A stretch of 64,000 nucleotides of DNA, from positions 107,882,001-107,946,000 of the forward strand of contig NC_045696.1 in NCBI RefSeq assembly GCF_009834535.1. Direction: 5' to 3'. This DNA is from Camelus ferus (taxonomy: Eukaryota). The notes beneath the pieces are model-generated. The model was not told where the DNA came from. It searched no databases and worked only from the letters and a program-made list of their open reading frames with translations. The position numbers and the translations under genes are program-made. Positions within the stretch are counted from its first letter, which is position 1. Every line of letters begins with the position of its first letter. Shown here piece by piece: positions 14,535 through 27,339 of the stretch.

Positions 14535-16559
14535 GAAAACAAAACTACAAGCCTATACACTCATGATATCTTCTAAGGTCATTATCCACAAATCTGCCAT
14601 TTTTATATTCAATGTTAATTTTGACTTTTTAAAGGTATGAGCAGCTCACTGCTACCTGAGCTGATAATAGACGTCTAGGAACAATGAACACAAATGCTTA
14701 GCACCTCTGAATGGAATTTAGGGCTATAGTCAAGTCCAAGTCAGACAAGTTAATCAGACATGTATGTGTTTACTGGCTATTGTGACACATGATGATTTGG
14801 TATAAACAGTAAGTTGTTATGTAAATGACTGTTCTTATAGCCAAACAAAATAGTTTTCTATCTTTTTAAACTTCTCTATGTTGCCAGCTTCACCACTGGC
14901 AGCTTTTCCTGATGCCACATACAGAATGATCCTCACTGTCTGTAAATAGGACAGTCCTTCCTCTGACTCCCCAGCATGCAGACTCCTCCCCTGACTTGAC
15001 TCACTCTTCCCTACCCTTTCCTTGACCACCTGTGGAGTCCTTGGCTCTGCTCTCCTCTCACTGATTCTGTGGCGTGCTGGCGGGCCACTGCACCACAGAG
15101 CAGGGCAGAGCTACCATGAGACAGGGTGGGAGAGCCAGAGCAGGCGCAGGGAGGCAGGGTGGCAGAAAGGCTCCTCAGTCAGGGGCTGGGAGTATTCAGA
15201 GGAGGAAGGCTGCCCAGAAACCTTCAAGACAGAGCAGACAGCAGGTCTCCGACAGCAAGGCACTAATCACTTGGATTGGTTCTCCAGATGTGGGGAGCCC
15301 AGCAGAGCACCAGGGAACTACTATGTCCCTAAGTCTGCATAGTGTCTCTTTGTCTGCCTGCCTGAAGCAGTCCATGAAACCTCCTGTTTCTGCTGCACAG
15401 ACTGTTACCATGTTAGCATTTATGCAATTAATATGTTATCTCAAAAAGCAGACTTCATTCATCCTTGCTAAATTCTCTTTTGGATTTAGATTCATCGTTT
15501 CAGCCCATTTTCAAATAATTTACCATCTTGACTCTTAAAATAGCCATCTCTCAAAGCTTTGGATAAGAAATTGCCAATGCCCTGAAAGAACTTGTAATTT
15601 ATTTGGGTGGATATAGCTTGGAAGTTAGCTGATGATGTGTTAGCATATGTTCAGGGGAGACAACATGGCAGAAACAGCACAATGTAAGAGTCAAGAGGAC
15701 TTCTGAGACAGACAGATGCTGGGACTTCAGGTCAGTACTTGTGGGATTTCAGTTTCCTCACATGTACAATAGAGTGGAAACAAGTAAACGCTTGTTTCTG
15801 GAATGAAGGAGTTTGTTTTTCATGAGAAACATCTAAGGGGTCAACAAGCAAGTTCTAAGTTGGGGGTATGAAGAAAAAAAGCATAAAAAAGTATTATTTT
15901 TCATTTCCCTTAAAATCACTCTTATTTACAAATTATTTAACAGCAGTAACAAACGGTCTGAGGTTAGAGGTAGGAGAGAGGAGGCAGGGATTCAGGGACT
16001 TCTCTCAGGACACGACGGAAGCTGGGCCTCAGAGGAGGGATGATGTTGGGGCTGGCAGAGTGGAAGCCCATTTTGGAGGGGACAACTATGAGAGCCCAAA
16101 TGTAGAGCATGCCGGTGGGAGGGCAGCTGGGTCAGGCTCACTCAGGGAACAGTAGTTTGGGTTTCATCTTCAAAATCAGTAATTTTCAACCTAAACATTA
16201 TTCCTGAAAGCAGAGGAACCATTCCGAGTGGAAGTGTACACGGGGTCTTGGGAACTCCCACTTGGTGTTTACTTGCCCACATACAGCCCTTAGCCCACTA
16301 AACCCCTCTGTTTCTTGAAGCACAGCTTGAGACCACTGTTAATTCCTGAGGTATGATATGACTCTTCAATATATGTGCATGACAAAAATAAAACCCAAAC
16401 GAAACACCCCTATAGATGGTAGGAATCTCTGAATATGGCTGAGCTGGGGAATGACATGCTCAAATATAAACGGATGGCTATGCTCAGTATTAACTGTTCT
16501 AGGAGGTGGCTGCGGGTACAGGATCCAGTTGCTGAAGATGTTATAGTAGTTCTAGCATA

Positions 16560-16930
16560 CGGGGCTAAGATCTTAAATAAGAAGCATCTGGATATACTGG
16601 AAAGTATCAAAGACTTGCTTCCTAGTGGCAAATCCATTTATTTCTGGGAAGAATTACTGTGTTGAGTTGGCATAAAGGTTCCTTGTCTGGCTTCAGGGCA
16701 AATAGTTATGATCAATGAACGAGAACAAAAAAAAGTGATCTGTATTCAACACAAGGGAAATTTTTCTAACAACTAAGGCTATTTAATGATAGAACAGGCT
16801 GCTTGGCAAGGCAGTGAGTTTCCTGCTACTGAAAGCATTCAAGCAGATAATGAATATATATGCCAGTGATGTCATGGATGGAATTCCCGTATTAAATGGG
16901 AGGTTGGACTGGGAGACCACTAAGGTTTTT
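16560..16930 (+). mobile_element. CR1/L3-like 3' fragment
   Basis: aggctgcttggcaaggcagtgagtttcctgctactgaaagcattcaagcaga...gggaggttggact resembles an L3/MIR3 tail. Confidence 0.5.
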
Positions 16931-17125
16931 TTTAAATTTTTTTTTAAACGTAAGAGTTCCATGAAGTAGGACCATAGCTAAAGATACATCAGCATCAAAT
17001 AAATTTTTTCAATATGGAAATAAATCTATGCATGCTGAAAAACAGATAGCAAGGAGGCAGTAAAGAGAGGGAGGCTGACATTGCTAGAGAAAGGGAGACT
17101 ATGCAATATTTAGCAGTTACATTAC

Positions 17126-17392
17126 CTTTGCAATTTTCCCCATTTCATAAATATCTGCTTTCTGATCTTCAATATCCACGAAAGCACTTTCAATTCTGCT
17201 TAAAGTCTGTTCATGATTACTGCAGGCGTCGGGGAGTCCTTCAGGAAAGTAGAACCGTGGAATGTTTACAGATAATGTTGCCTTCACAACATTATTCACA
17301 TGAGGAACAGGGGAGAGAGGTCGGGGACTACTTGGAAAGTTGGCTGGAGGTGGAAGAGGCGTTCCAGGTTTCTTTTCTGGTTTATTTTGAAT
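17126..17392 (-). CDS. PPP2R3A: PPP2R3A first shared coding exon (267 nt)
   Basis: ttttccttccAG|ATTCAA...GCAAAG|GTAATG; encodes IQNKPEKKPGTPLPPP...NIPRFYFPEGLP...YEMGKIAK, including the FYF motif typical of B'' subunits. Confidence 0.96.
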
Positions 17393-20300
17393 CTGGAAGG
17401 AAAATATGATTATGAAACACAAAAATTCTAAACAGTATATATTCTTGAAAGTCTTCACTAGTAACAGGAAGTTGGGTGTAAATACAAGAAGCCACAATTA
17501 GAGGCAGTGGACATCAAGGGCTCACTGTACCCTACGGCGGGTAAGCCTGCTCTAAGGGAATGCTAATCTACATGAAATGAATCAGTACATTAATTATCTG
17601 TCAATTACTTGAGTTTACATAGATTTGTGCTTAAAAAATCCTACAGTACATTTTCCTACCAGCAATGTAGCAGACATTTAAGAGCAACGTCAATTGACAC
17701 AATAAGGATCTCAAGGAGAATTCTTGGTCTGTTGGAACTGGATTACTAAATTCTTGAAAATTGTTCTTTGTCTTTCTGTGTATTTCCACTTCTCCTTCAA
17801 TAAGTAGACAGAATGAGCCCTTCTTAAATCTGCAGATCTAAAATGCATTGTTGGAGAAGTGTCCTTCCACCTTCCCTAGACTGACTTTATCTAGGGCATC
17901 ACTGCCAGCCCCTGATGCAGAGAAATTCTTTAAGAAAATAAAAGCATTTTAGCTTTGGAACGTCTTCTGCCAGGCTGATTTACTTGTCACTAGGGGCATG
18001 CATGCTGTTTTTTCCCGAGATACACATTTTCTCATTTTTGGTACTTTCTAATAGGCAAGGATCATGGTCATTAATTTCATCACAGCAAAACTCTCATTAC
18101 AGTTTATCAATTCACTAATAGTTTATATATATAGCATTCCTTTTTCTAAAAAGGATTTGATATGCTGTACCACAAAGAGACATAAGAAAGGACAGTATAA
18201 AAAGGTCAAGGGGCAGGGGACAATGGGGAGATTAAATTATCTATGATTTAGGGAAAGGGGAGAGGAGGTACACTAACATTCAAGTTGAAGTTTATTTTAC
18301 CAGTGAAAGCTAAAAATTTAGTTCTGAGATTCCTAGCAGAGAAAGTGAAAAAGATTCCATGAAGATTTTTCATAGTTTTAATTTCTATTCTTAATTTTGA
18401 CCAAGTTATCTATAAAGGCTCATAAGCATGGCACTACTAGATGTTACATAAGGTATGAAAGATGAACATGACTGTTCACTAGCTAAACTTATTTTAAATT
18501 CACTGTGAACACAAAATATTACTCGTGTTCTTCTTTCTTAAATTATCCCAATGCCATTCCTAAAGTTTGAACAATGATATATCAGTAAGAAGTAGTTTTA
18601 AATATCATATTTTCTTTTGACGCATAGACTTAAAACATGATCTTTAAATTCAGGGTAAAAATCTTAGCTACCTTTGAAAAGCATGAGAATTATAGGAAGA
18701 CAAGCTTCATTCACATAAATATACGATAAATATGATTTAATCTCTTACTTTTGTTAAACATGGACCATTTTTCATGTTAATATCTGACACTAATACACAG
18801 ACTGGAGTCTGCTCATATATTAATACTACTGGGGATATGAAGTCCAGCTGGTCACACCAAGCCTCTTCTGCAGTATCGGGATGTCACCCATATAAAGCAA
18901 CAGTCAAGGAAGAAATGGCAGAGGGAGTGATGCCAATGAAATGTGAAAAACCTAACAGGAAACAGTGATGGCTTACTAGCTCTGTGACCTCAGGAAAATT
19001 ACTCAATCTTTCAGAATTTCAGTAATAAAACATTATAACCCCTACTTCTTGGAAGGTTGTTGTGAAGATTAAAGGATATTACAGGATTAACAGGTAAAAG
19101 GTTCAAAACTATGCTGGGCAGAGTTATGTCTTAATTTAAAAAAATGAGTCACAAAGCCAAAGGATGGGGTTCTCAAAAGGTTAAACATAAGCTGGCACAG
19201 TCTTCCAGGTTCAAAAATAAATAAAGTAACCATTTACATTTGTAAAGCTATTTAGTTTACCAACTACTTTTCATGCAAAAAATTGGTAATGTATCCTAAG
19301 TAGACATTTCTTTTTTGCCTTAATGCTAAATCTGCAAATATTATTACACAGTTCTAAACCAGTAACAGTAGAAGTTGTTCTTAAATTTCTAAAATAAGGC
19401 ATATAATTCTTCAGGGGCTTTGTTTAGGTCATTTGCATTGTCATTTCCTTTCTATTCTATCCTGAAAAAGATTTGTGAGACTACAAGTAAATAAGCATCA
19501 AAATTATTTTTTTGCTTCCCCAAATTGTTTCCCATAGTGTGACATCCAGGGCAGTTATGGATAACTTCAGGGCTGCTATAACCATAGGATTAAGACCACT
19601 GGTGCCAGTGGGGATGAAACTCAATAGTCAGCCTAGCGAACACATGCTACTGAAGAGCAAGGCCTTCAATGTTGACTCTGTGCTTCTGCTTTGATAGAAA
19701 TAAGAGACATTCAGAACAAATCCTGGCTATCTGTCAAGGTTTTAATTTGAGTGGGAAAATATTTGATTCTATAATAATCTACTCTGCTTTCCTCAGTGTA
19801 CTTCTTAACATGGAGCAGTTCACTAATAGACAAATGTTAATTAATTCATTGTTTGATTCCATATTTAATAAAAGTGACATTACTATCTAAAGGAAAAAAA
19901 GAACGCATTCAATTTGGAACTTTTAGGTGTATCAATTTACTTTTCACTGAGTTCAATAGGAGACATAATTTAAACCTCAAAGTAGCTTAATAAAACTGAC
20001 CCTTTACAATTAGAGAATAGAGCACAGTAATATAAAGTTCATCACATTTACCAGCAAGTTTAGCATCTGCTCACTCTGAATAAAATTATTTCATTCAAAT
20101 CTAGGAACAGCTTTAAAATAGAATTACTGGGCAAAGTATCTCAATTTTCCATTACAGTTTTTCACTATAAATACAGTATCATTTAGCTATTCATTCTGAA
20201 TAGTACAGTTATGCTATTATGTCACTGTAGCATTTCCAGTATTTGACTATTTTGGACCCATTTTTTAAAAAAAGCCATTTTATATGGTTCACTCAAAAAA

Positions 20301-21054
20301 TATGAAATTACCATAGATCAGAATAACTACAAAACTATGGTTTCTTGCTGGATTCTGGATGGCCATCATTGACATGGCCCTTGATTTGTACTGTATTCAA
20401 TGTTAGGCAACTTGTTTGATGAGACACTGACCCTACGAGTGTAAGCAAGTTAGCATGGTCTCTGCAAGAAGCTACTGCAGGCAGAAATGACTCAATCTTA
20501 CAGTGTGCTGAGGGAAGACATTCTTTCACAACCCAGAAGTAATTACTATCCTTCATTACCTACATACAGTATATCACACACACACGACTGCATATATGTA
20601 AAAATAGTTCTTTCAAAAAAAAAAAAAGACTAACAGGTTCAATATTCTTTTTTTTTTAAAAAGATTCACTACAGATGTATGTAGCTTAATACAAATTTAG
20701 TCTATTGATTCAGGTGCAAACAAGGCTTTTAACAACAGAAATTCTAGTTTCTCAGACATTTCTACTAAAAATTCTGAATTGTAAAATATTTGTTAAGTTG
20801 TATTTATTGTCTCTAAAACTGGATTCCCTCTCTACAAGAGAAAAATGTGAGTACTGTACTTCAGATCCAGAAGGTCTATTTTTAAACCTGTTGGAATCTC
20901 TCTACAAATAGCTTTCTGCAAATAGCTGAATAGAGGACACAGATTAATTCCTTGATCTAATATCAAGTGAGCTGTAAAATTATTTGTAAGTTAGTTCACT
21001 GGGTGGTTTTATTAGTAATAAAAATATTTTAAAAGAAACACCCAAGTTTCAAAC

Positions 21055-21186
21055 CTGTGTCTGCTGAAATGACTTCAGCCGCTTCTTAAACCGTGACGGG
21101 AGAACAAAATCACAGCCCCTTGCCAGGAAAGCTAACTCTCCCCTTAAATCCGGGTCCCTTCGTAGAGATGTTTCCTTGATCATCAT
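21055..21186 (-). CDS. PPP2R3A: PPP2R3A PR72-specific first coding exon (44 aa)
   Basis: Minus strand reads MMIKETSLRRDPDLRGELAFLARGCDFVLPSRFKKRLKSFQQTQ (132 nt), matching the PR72 N-terminus as I recall it. Donor CAG|GTTTGA, phase 0, compatible with the exon at 17392. Confidence 0.92.
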
Positions 21187-21600
21187 CTTTGAAAAATGGA
21201 TATTTACTTAGCCACTGTCCAGCACACTTCTGAAGACAGAGTTAATAAGTTGTCAATCTCTTCAGGCAGAAAGGTATTTTTTTCTTCTTATCTCCCAAAG
21301 AAATTAAGTTCAAGCATTGTGCTCTCCCAGCCTCCAGAGACCACAATCCATGCTTGTACTGACATGCAGCTGCTCCCCAAATACTGCCTGTGGCTCCCAA
21401 TATCTGCTCATAATTTTCAAGAAAGAAACACGGGCTGCAATGGGCCTGTTGCTCCTTGTAGGTAGCTTTATGTCAAACTGACCTACCCATGTTGAGAATT
21501 ACAGAGCCTTCTGGGAAAGGAAGCACCCACTACTCTGAGCACCAAAGTTAGAAACATTACAGCTGGACCTAAAAATAGCGACTTCTCAGATAATGCTAGC
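21187..21600 (-). promoter_or_regulatory. Putative internal PR72 promoter/5'UTR with MEF2 site and E-boxes
   Basis: CTAAAAATAG at 21569-21578, CAGCTG at 21560-21565 and 21367-21372, directly upstream of the PR72 ATG. Transcription start not determinable. Confidence 0.55.
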
Positions 21601-23084
21601 TTCTTAAACTCAGAGTATGTGAGGTGTCAATCCACATAAAACAGTTTCTCCTCAAGCTAGAAGAGAAAGAACATGTTGAGCATTTTTAATTTTGCTATTT
21701 AATATTTTATGAAAAAAGAAGGCTCTGTACTTCAAGTCTGAAGTACATCTAGTTTTTATACTTCTTAGTTGAAGGGAAGCAAATGTCCAAAACCCTCAAG
21801 ACAAAATGTGGAGAAAAAGACTTTCATTCTCAAATGGTAATATAAAAAGAGATTCGTCAGTCTCAGATTTTAAAATCAAATCTCTTTTTCCCTTGTTTGT
21901 TGAAAACTATCTTAGTCATCAAACATACTTCTTTGAAGTGATTTTGAATCTGGATACATCTGAAAATTTACTGTCAAAGGGTTGGTTTAAGAAGTGGAAT
22001 GACTGAATGCCAGAAGAAAGCAGCTTTAGATACACAGAAGTGAGTGAAATTTGGCTATAATAAAGGTACAAAAGATGATCAAACAGCAATGACAGAATGC
22101 ATCTTCAATTTGTGAGACTTGTTTTTCTTAAGAGGCTTTAAAGAAATCTCAGATTTTAAAAATATTCTATTATTCTATTGCATGTTAAACACCTGCCTCA
22201 AATAGTTATTTACAAGTGAATCTTTAAGTATTCTCTCATGTTTAATATTCAGACTTCAATATTTATTTTCCATCAGCTACATTGTTCAATATTTTCTACT
22301 TCTAGAAAATATAAACCAAATATTACCAAATAAACCCCCAAATCAAAAATAGCTTACGACTCTCTTCTGCTGAACCTTCGTCTAATTCAGTGGGAATTAA
22401 ATTCTTTGGTTTTCTATTGTTTCCTAGAACTTAAGTTTTTCCCCTTTATTTCAAGACATTGTTACAACACTTTATAATATGTATATTGGGCTTATATACC
22501 TAAATCTGCAGGTTTCAATTTTTTTTTAATCTGTAGAATTCTCCACTCATCAAAATCTTACTGAAAGCATTCAGCATATATGTGATTGAAAGAGGATTAC
22601 ACTGAAACCATTGGTCTAATGCTTCAACCTGGGTCCTTCCCTACACTCTTGCCTATAACATTCCCATTCCTCCTTAATTACTATCTCCAAATTAAAACAT
22701 CAAAAAGTTTGTTATGAATGCAACTAGGTCTTTAGACTTATGATTTAATGCTTTTTCAACTAAATCACACCTTAGCTGTATTCCTCCCCTTCCCAGCATC
22801 AACCCATGGCTTCAGGGGGGTGACTTTTCATCCCCTTCCTGAGAATGCTTCTTCTCAAATTATGCACACTTTAACCATCCTTCAAAGTCCAACACAAATT
22901 TCACTACTTCATGAAGGCTTCTCTAGTTAAGCCCCCTCCATTTCTCCTATGAAAGAGAAACACCAATGCCCAGGACACACTGATTCATGGCTAATAGTTT
23001 AGTTTCTGTTATGCTCTCATATTTCTTATCTTAGTGGTTGAATTTTAAGTTTACGAAGCGTTGGTTGTATTTGTCCCCACTTGT

Positions 23085-23615
23085 TTATGCATTTTTTTAC
23101 ACTAATTATTCAATTCAATTACATATTACTTAAACTAACGAAATATGAGTGTGGAAAAAAAGGAGTGGATGTTTCTAAAATTGGAAAAAAAAAGAACCTG
23201 ACACTGAATGTTTTATAAAAAATCAGTAAAGGCAAACTACTACTACTAATTTTTTTTTTTGCTATAAAATTAGTTATGGGTGAGATGAAGGAGAAAAAAC
23301 ATTAAAATGCGGAAGGTGTCTATTTAAATTGCTTCACTACTGACTTAAGTTCTGTCTCCACTTTAAAGAAACTGAAACTGGAAATCGGTTAACAAATGTA
23401 CTGAGTGGACTAAAGAAAGATGTCATGAAACTTCAATTTCCAATTATGACACTTATTCTCAAAGAAAAGGCTTTGGCCCTATGTCAAAAGATCTGAATAA
23501 GTTAACGTTTTGAGTTAAATAAAATGTTGAAGATACACAGAGTACGCAGAGAGTTAATGATTCCCTATTGGGTAACTATCCATTCTAATCATGTTCAGGT
23601 AAAAGGGCTTGTACT
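23085..23615 (+). mobile_element. Tigger15a-like DNA transposon relic
   Basis: ctccactttaaagaaactgaaactggaaatc...ctcaaagaaaaggctttggccctatgtcaaaagat; ends aaagggcttgtactg. Confidence 0.6.
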
Positions 23616-25939
23616 GCAATGTTTTATAATCTGACAATATTTTCCAGTAGAGTCTAAACTATTTAGGGTAAGGTCAATTTTAAAGTCATTCAGTCACTCA
23701 ACAAATTTTTTTCTGAATACTATTATGTGCAGCTACTCTGCTGGGTGCTGAGGGTATGAAGATGATAAAGCAGTGATCCCTTCTCTGTCTCACTGCACCT
23801 AGCACAATGTCGGTTTGAAGCAAAGGACAACAAATACTTTCATTTCATTTATTTCCCATAAATCTCTGGAGTTTCAAAAGCCTGCCCTGCTACCCTCTTA
23901 AGCAAAAAGAAAATACTTCTCCATGTCTTTTGATGATGAAGAAATAAGCTCTAAGTTTTTATTTATCCAACCGCTTTCCAAAAAATTCAGAAGGAGAAAA
24001 GGCCAGGCCCCCTAAAGGGGGTTAGGAAAGAACTGGTCTGTGGCAATGAGTTATTGATGGAGAAAGACTATCATGAGGTTGGTTTATTTGCTTTTTACTT
24101 ATTTACTTGCCTTTTAATGAAAGTAAACCTGCTTAGTTCTAGAAAGAATCTGAGAATGTAAGTTAGTTTCAAGAAGTATATGATAACTGAAACACAGAAA
24201 CAAAGAACATAGGTTTTAGAGTGACCGCTTTTGTACTGGGAAAAGATCAAACACAAGGACTTTCACGACTGATGCAAACATGGCCCTTGATCTACTCTCT
24301 TCCCTCCCTACTATGATCATAGAGGAAGTGGTCCAACCCATGGGGCTGGGTGCTGGAAGGGAAGAGCTATTTCTGGGTGAGAGGTTTCCCCTGGAGGTAC
24401 TAACCAGAGAGGAAGAATAGAAAACTATAAACATATCGTTAATACATTCAGTTTGAAAACATGGAAAGTTAGGAGCTGTGGGCAGTTACGATGGGAAGAG
24501 ATGACTGTGAGAGTCTTTCCAACGTTCTTCTGGAATAAACCATGAGATCTTTTCTCCTGCCCTCTGCAGCATATGTGGAGACCTAACAAGATAGCTAGGC
24601 AACAACAGGTGTTTCCTGCACAGCAGCCTGAATCTTTTCTTGGCCTGCAGATCATTCACACACATACACTGTATGAAGACACTTGTTGTCCTATCTAGAC
24701 CATGGGCTCAACCTGGGTCTTCAGGGCAACTGTGTTACGAGAGCTTGATTAGAGGATGAGAAAGACTGGTGTTCTCCTGTTGTAGGAATGATTGGGATAT
24801 ATCAGTTGCTACCTTAAGATCCAGCTGCCTCAACTGGGGTTTCTTTCCCATCTTGCCATGCTATGTATGTTCCCCCAGAGCAAACATGCTTGAGCAAGGA
24901 AGATAATCTTTCTCAGAGAACCAGCAGCAGGAGTGTGTGTGAATTCCTGGGTCACAGGGTTTTATAAGTTCCCTGGCAGGGATACACAGATGAGAGGCTG
25001 GTCTCTCAGCAGCGATTCTAAAAACTAAAGATTTTTTTTTTTTTTTTAAGGAGAGCCTCCAATATATCAAGCAAGAAAAGATATTCCTTTATCATGTCCT
25101 GAAATGACCTACAAAACTGAGGCACGAGTCCAGAGAGAGGTCGTACCCTGATGGAAGGTGAGATTAGAAAGGAGACAGAAGAGATAAAGTTGTGTGTGAC
25201 ACCTAACACACTCTGTTTTTGCAGAATTCACTCTTTGAGGCTTAGTTTGAAACTCAGGATGGAGTTTCTAGAACTTTCTGAATCTTCTCAGAATTCCCTG
25301 CTCTCCCCACTTTGAAAATGAAGACAATGGTGATATACCATATTAATTCTCTCTCTCTGGAAAGAAACAACCTGTATGGGATGTTTTAAGAAAAAATGGG
25401 TTGCTTGCACATGATAGAGAAAATTTTGAACATTTGCTGAAGAAGTAAGTCACTTATTTTGACTTGTATAAAACTGCTAAGCAGTTAATACTGTATATAC
25501 AATGTACTGTGCCAAAATAAATCTAGCCTGTATTTTATAAACCAACATATAAAATCATTCCCCAGCCTCCACTGAACAAGGCTACGGAGACTTGAGATAA
25601 TAGTACCAATAAAGGCCTTAGAGTTATGAAAACTTGGGATGAACAAGGCAGCAAAACCGCAAACATCTGAGTAACAGAAACAGCACATCAAGCCTGGGAA
25701 TCAGCTCAGCTCTGAGGACCTGTGTTCAGGGGAGTATGTTAGTATTAGGTCCAGACAGAGCAGACAGTCACTCTGAAGTGACTATCAAAAGATTTTGCTC
25801 CTATGATGCTATGGGGGTGGGGTGGGAGGGGAGTTACATATTAAAGAGGAAGTTCTGCTATATCAAGAGGGTACTTCTGATTTAAAAAAGAAAGCTGGCT
25901 ATTTTGAAAAACTTTAAAATGCTAAATCAAAAGCCTTTT

Positions 25940-26440
25940 CTGTCCACACAAAAACTTGCAAATGAATGTTCATATAGCAGTGCTATCCATAATAGCCAGA
26001 GTGGAAACAACCCAAATGTCCAACAGTTGATGAATGGATAAACAAAATGTGGTATATTCATACAAAGGAATATTACTTAAGCATAAAATGGAATGAAGTA
26101 TTGATACGTGCTACATGGTAAACCTTTAAAGTATTATGTTAAGTGAAAGAGGCTAGACACAAAAGACTCACATATTGTATGATTCTGTTTACATGAAATG
26201 TCCTATTAGAATAGGGAAATCCATGGAGACAGAAAGTAGATTAGTGGTTGCCAGGGCCTGGAGAGAGGGATGGAATGGGGAGTGACTGCTAATGAATACA
26301 GCTTTTTGGGCGGGTGATGAAAATATTCTGGAATTAGTGCTAATGGTTGCACAATCTTGTTGAATATACTAAAACCTACTGAATTATGCACTTTAAAAGG
26401 GTGAATTTTATATGATGAGATATTATATCTCAATTTTAAA
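25940..26440 (+). mobile_element. L1MB-like 3' end
   Basis: tggaaacaacccaaatgtcc...aagtagattagtggttgccaggg; AAAAGCCTTT duplicated at both flanks. Confidence 0.8.
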
Positions 26441-26590
26441 AAAGCCTTTCACATCCTGGCTCTAACTGGCAGAGCAGTTAAAAAAGGTAATAATAACTTA
26501 GAATCACAGACTTTGTTGAAAATATCATTGTAAGTAAACTTTAATAGAGGAAATTGATTAAAAGCTAATTATTCTTAACCCTACTTTTTA

Positions 26591-26727
26591 AAAAAATTTG
26601 TTTGCTTGCTTTAGGGGGGAGTAATTAGGTTTGTTTTATTTTATTTTTTTAAGTGGCAGTACTGGGGATTGAACTTAGGACCTCGTGCATGCTAAGCACG
26701 TACTCTACCACTGAGCTAACCCTCCCC
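26591..26727 (-). mobile_element. tRNA-derived SINE (camelid type)
   Basis: Reverse of ggggagggttagctcagtggtagagtacgtgcttagcatgcacgaggtcc. TSD AACCCTAC(A)TTTTTA at 26577-26590 and 26730-26744. Confidence 0.88.
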
Positions 26728-27339
26728 ACAACCCTACATTTTTATATCCTTCTCCTTTATTCACTAACTTGATATTTTCTCTTTGTTTAATTAATAGCTA
26801 GTTTTGTGTTATTAATGCTACTTTACTCTTAAATGATGAAACACTGGAGTGGGGGAAGGAGACTGGGTGGTAGTGATCTATGGTTTCTCTGCTCCCAGTC
26901 AAATTGTCTAGCCTTAACTTCACTGGTTGCAGCAAAACAGGAGGAGACCTAATAAGTGAAAGAACCCATATATCTGATATTTTTCCCTCTCACTGTTGCT
27001 AATACTTGGGGGCAGATGTTCTTCTAGGATCTGGGGCAGAGAGATAATTAAGAACCTAAAATTATTTGCTATAATAATTCTTGGATCTCTAGAATTTCTG
27101 GTTCCTAAAGTTCTTCTTAATCTGTCTTTTGTCCTCCTTCTCTCCTTCAGGAATTATTTCAAGTAGAGACTGCTCATTACAGAGCATAAGAATTTACTTT
27201 GGCCTATAAATATGTTAAGACATGTTAGAAGGAATATGGAGTTTCCAATCCATTGACACTGCCGTGTTGAATGTCAACGAATACACGGTGGCAGCACTAT
27301 AAAATATCTTGCCCCAGTGTCTTTGTTGGGGGTATATGT

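Noticed and set aside
15022..15538. Overlapping 106-aa and 154-aa plus-strand ORFs
   Set aside because: Non-ATG starts, no recognisable domain, no splice support; explained by locally higher GC.
17393..17497. N-terminal extension of the 126-aa ORF
   Set aside because: Intronic sequence and polypyrimidine tract upstream of the acceptor.
24882..24901. p53-like element AAACATGCTT-GAGCAAGGAA
   Set aside because: Only one half-site is consensus; the second has three mismatches.
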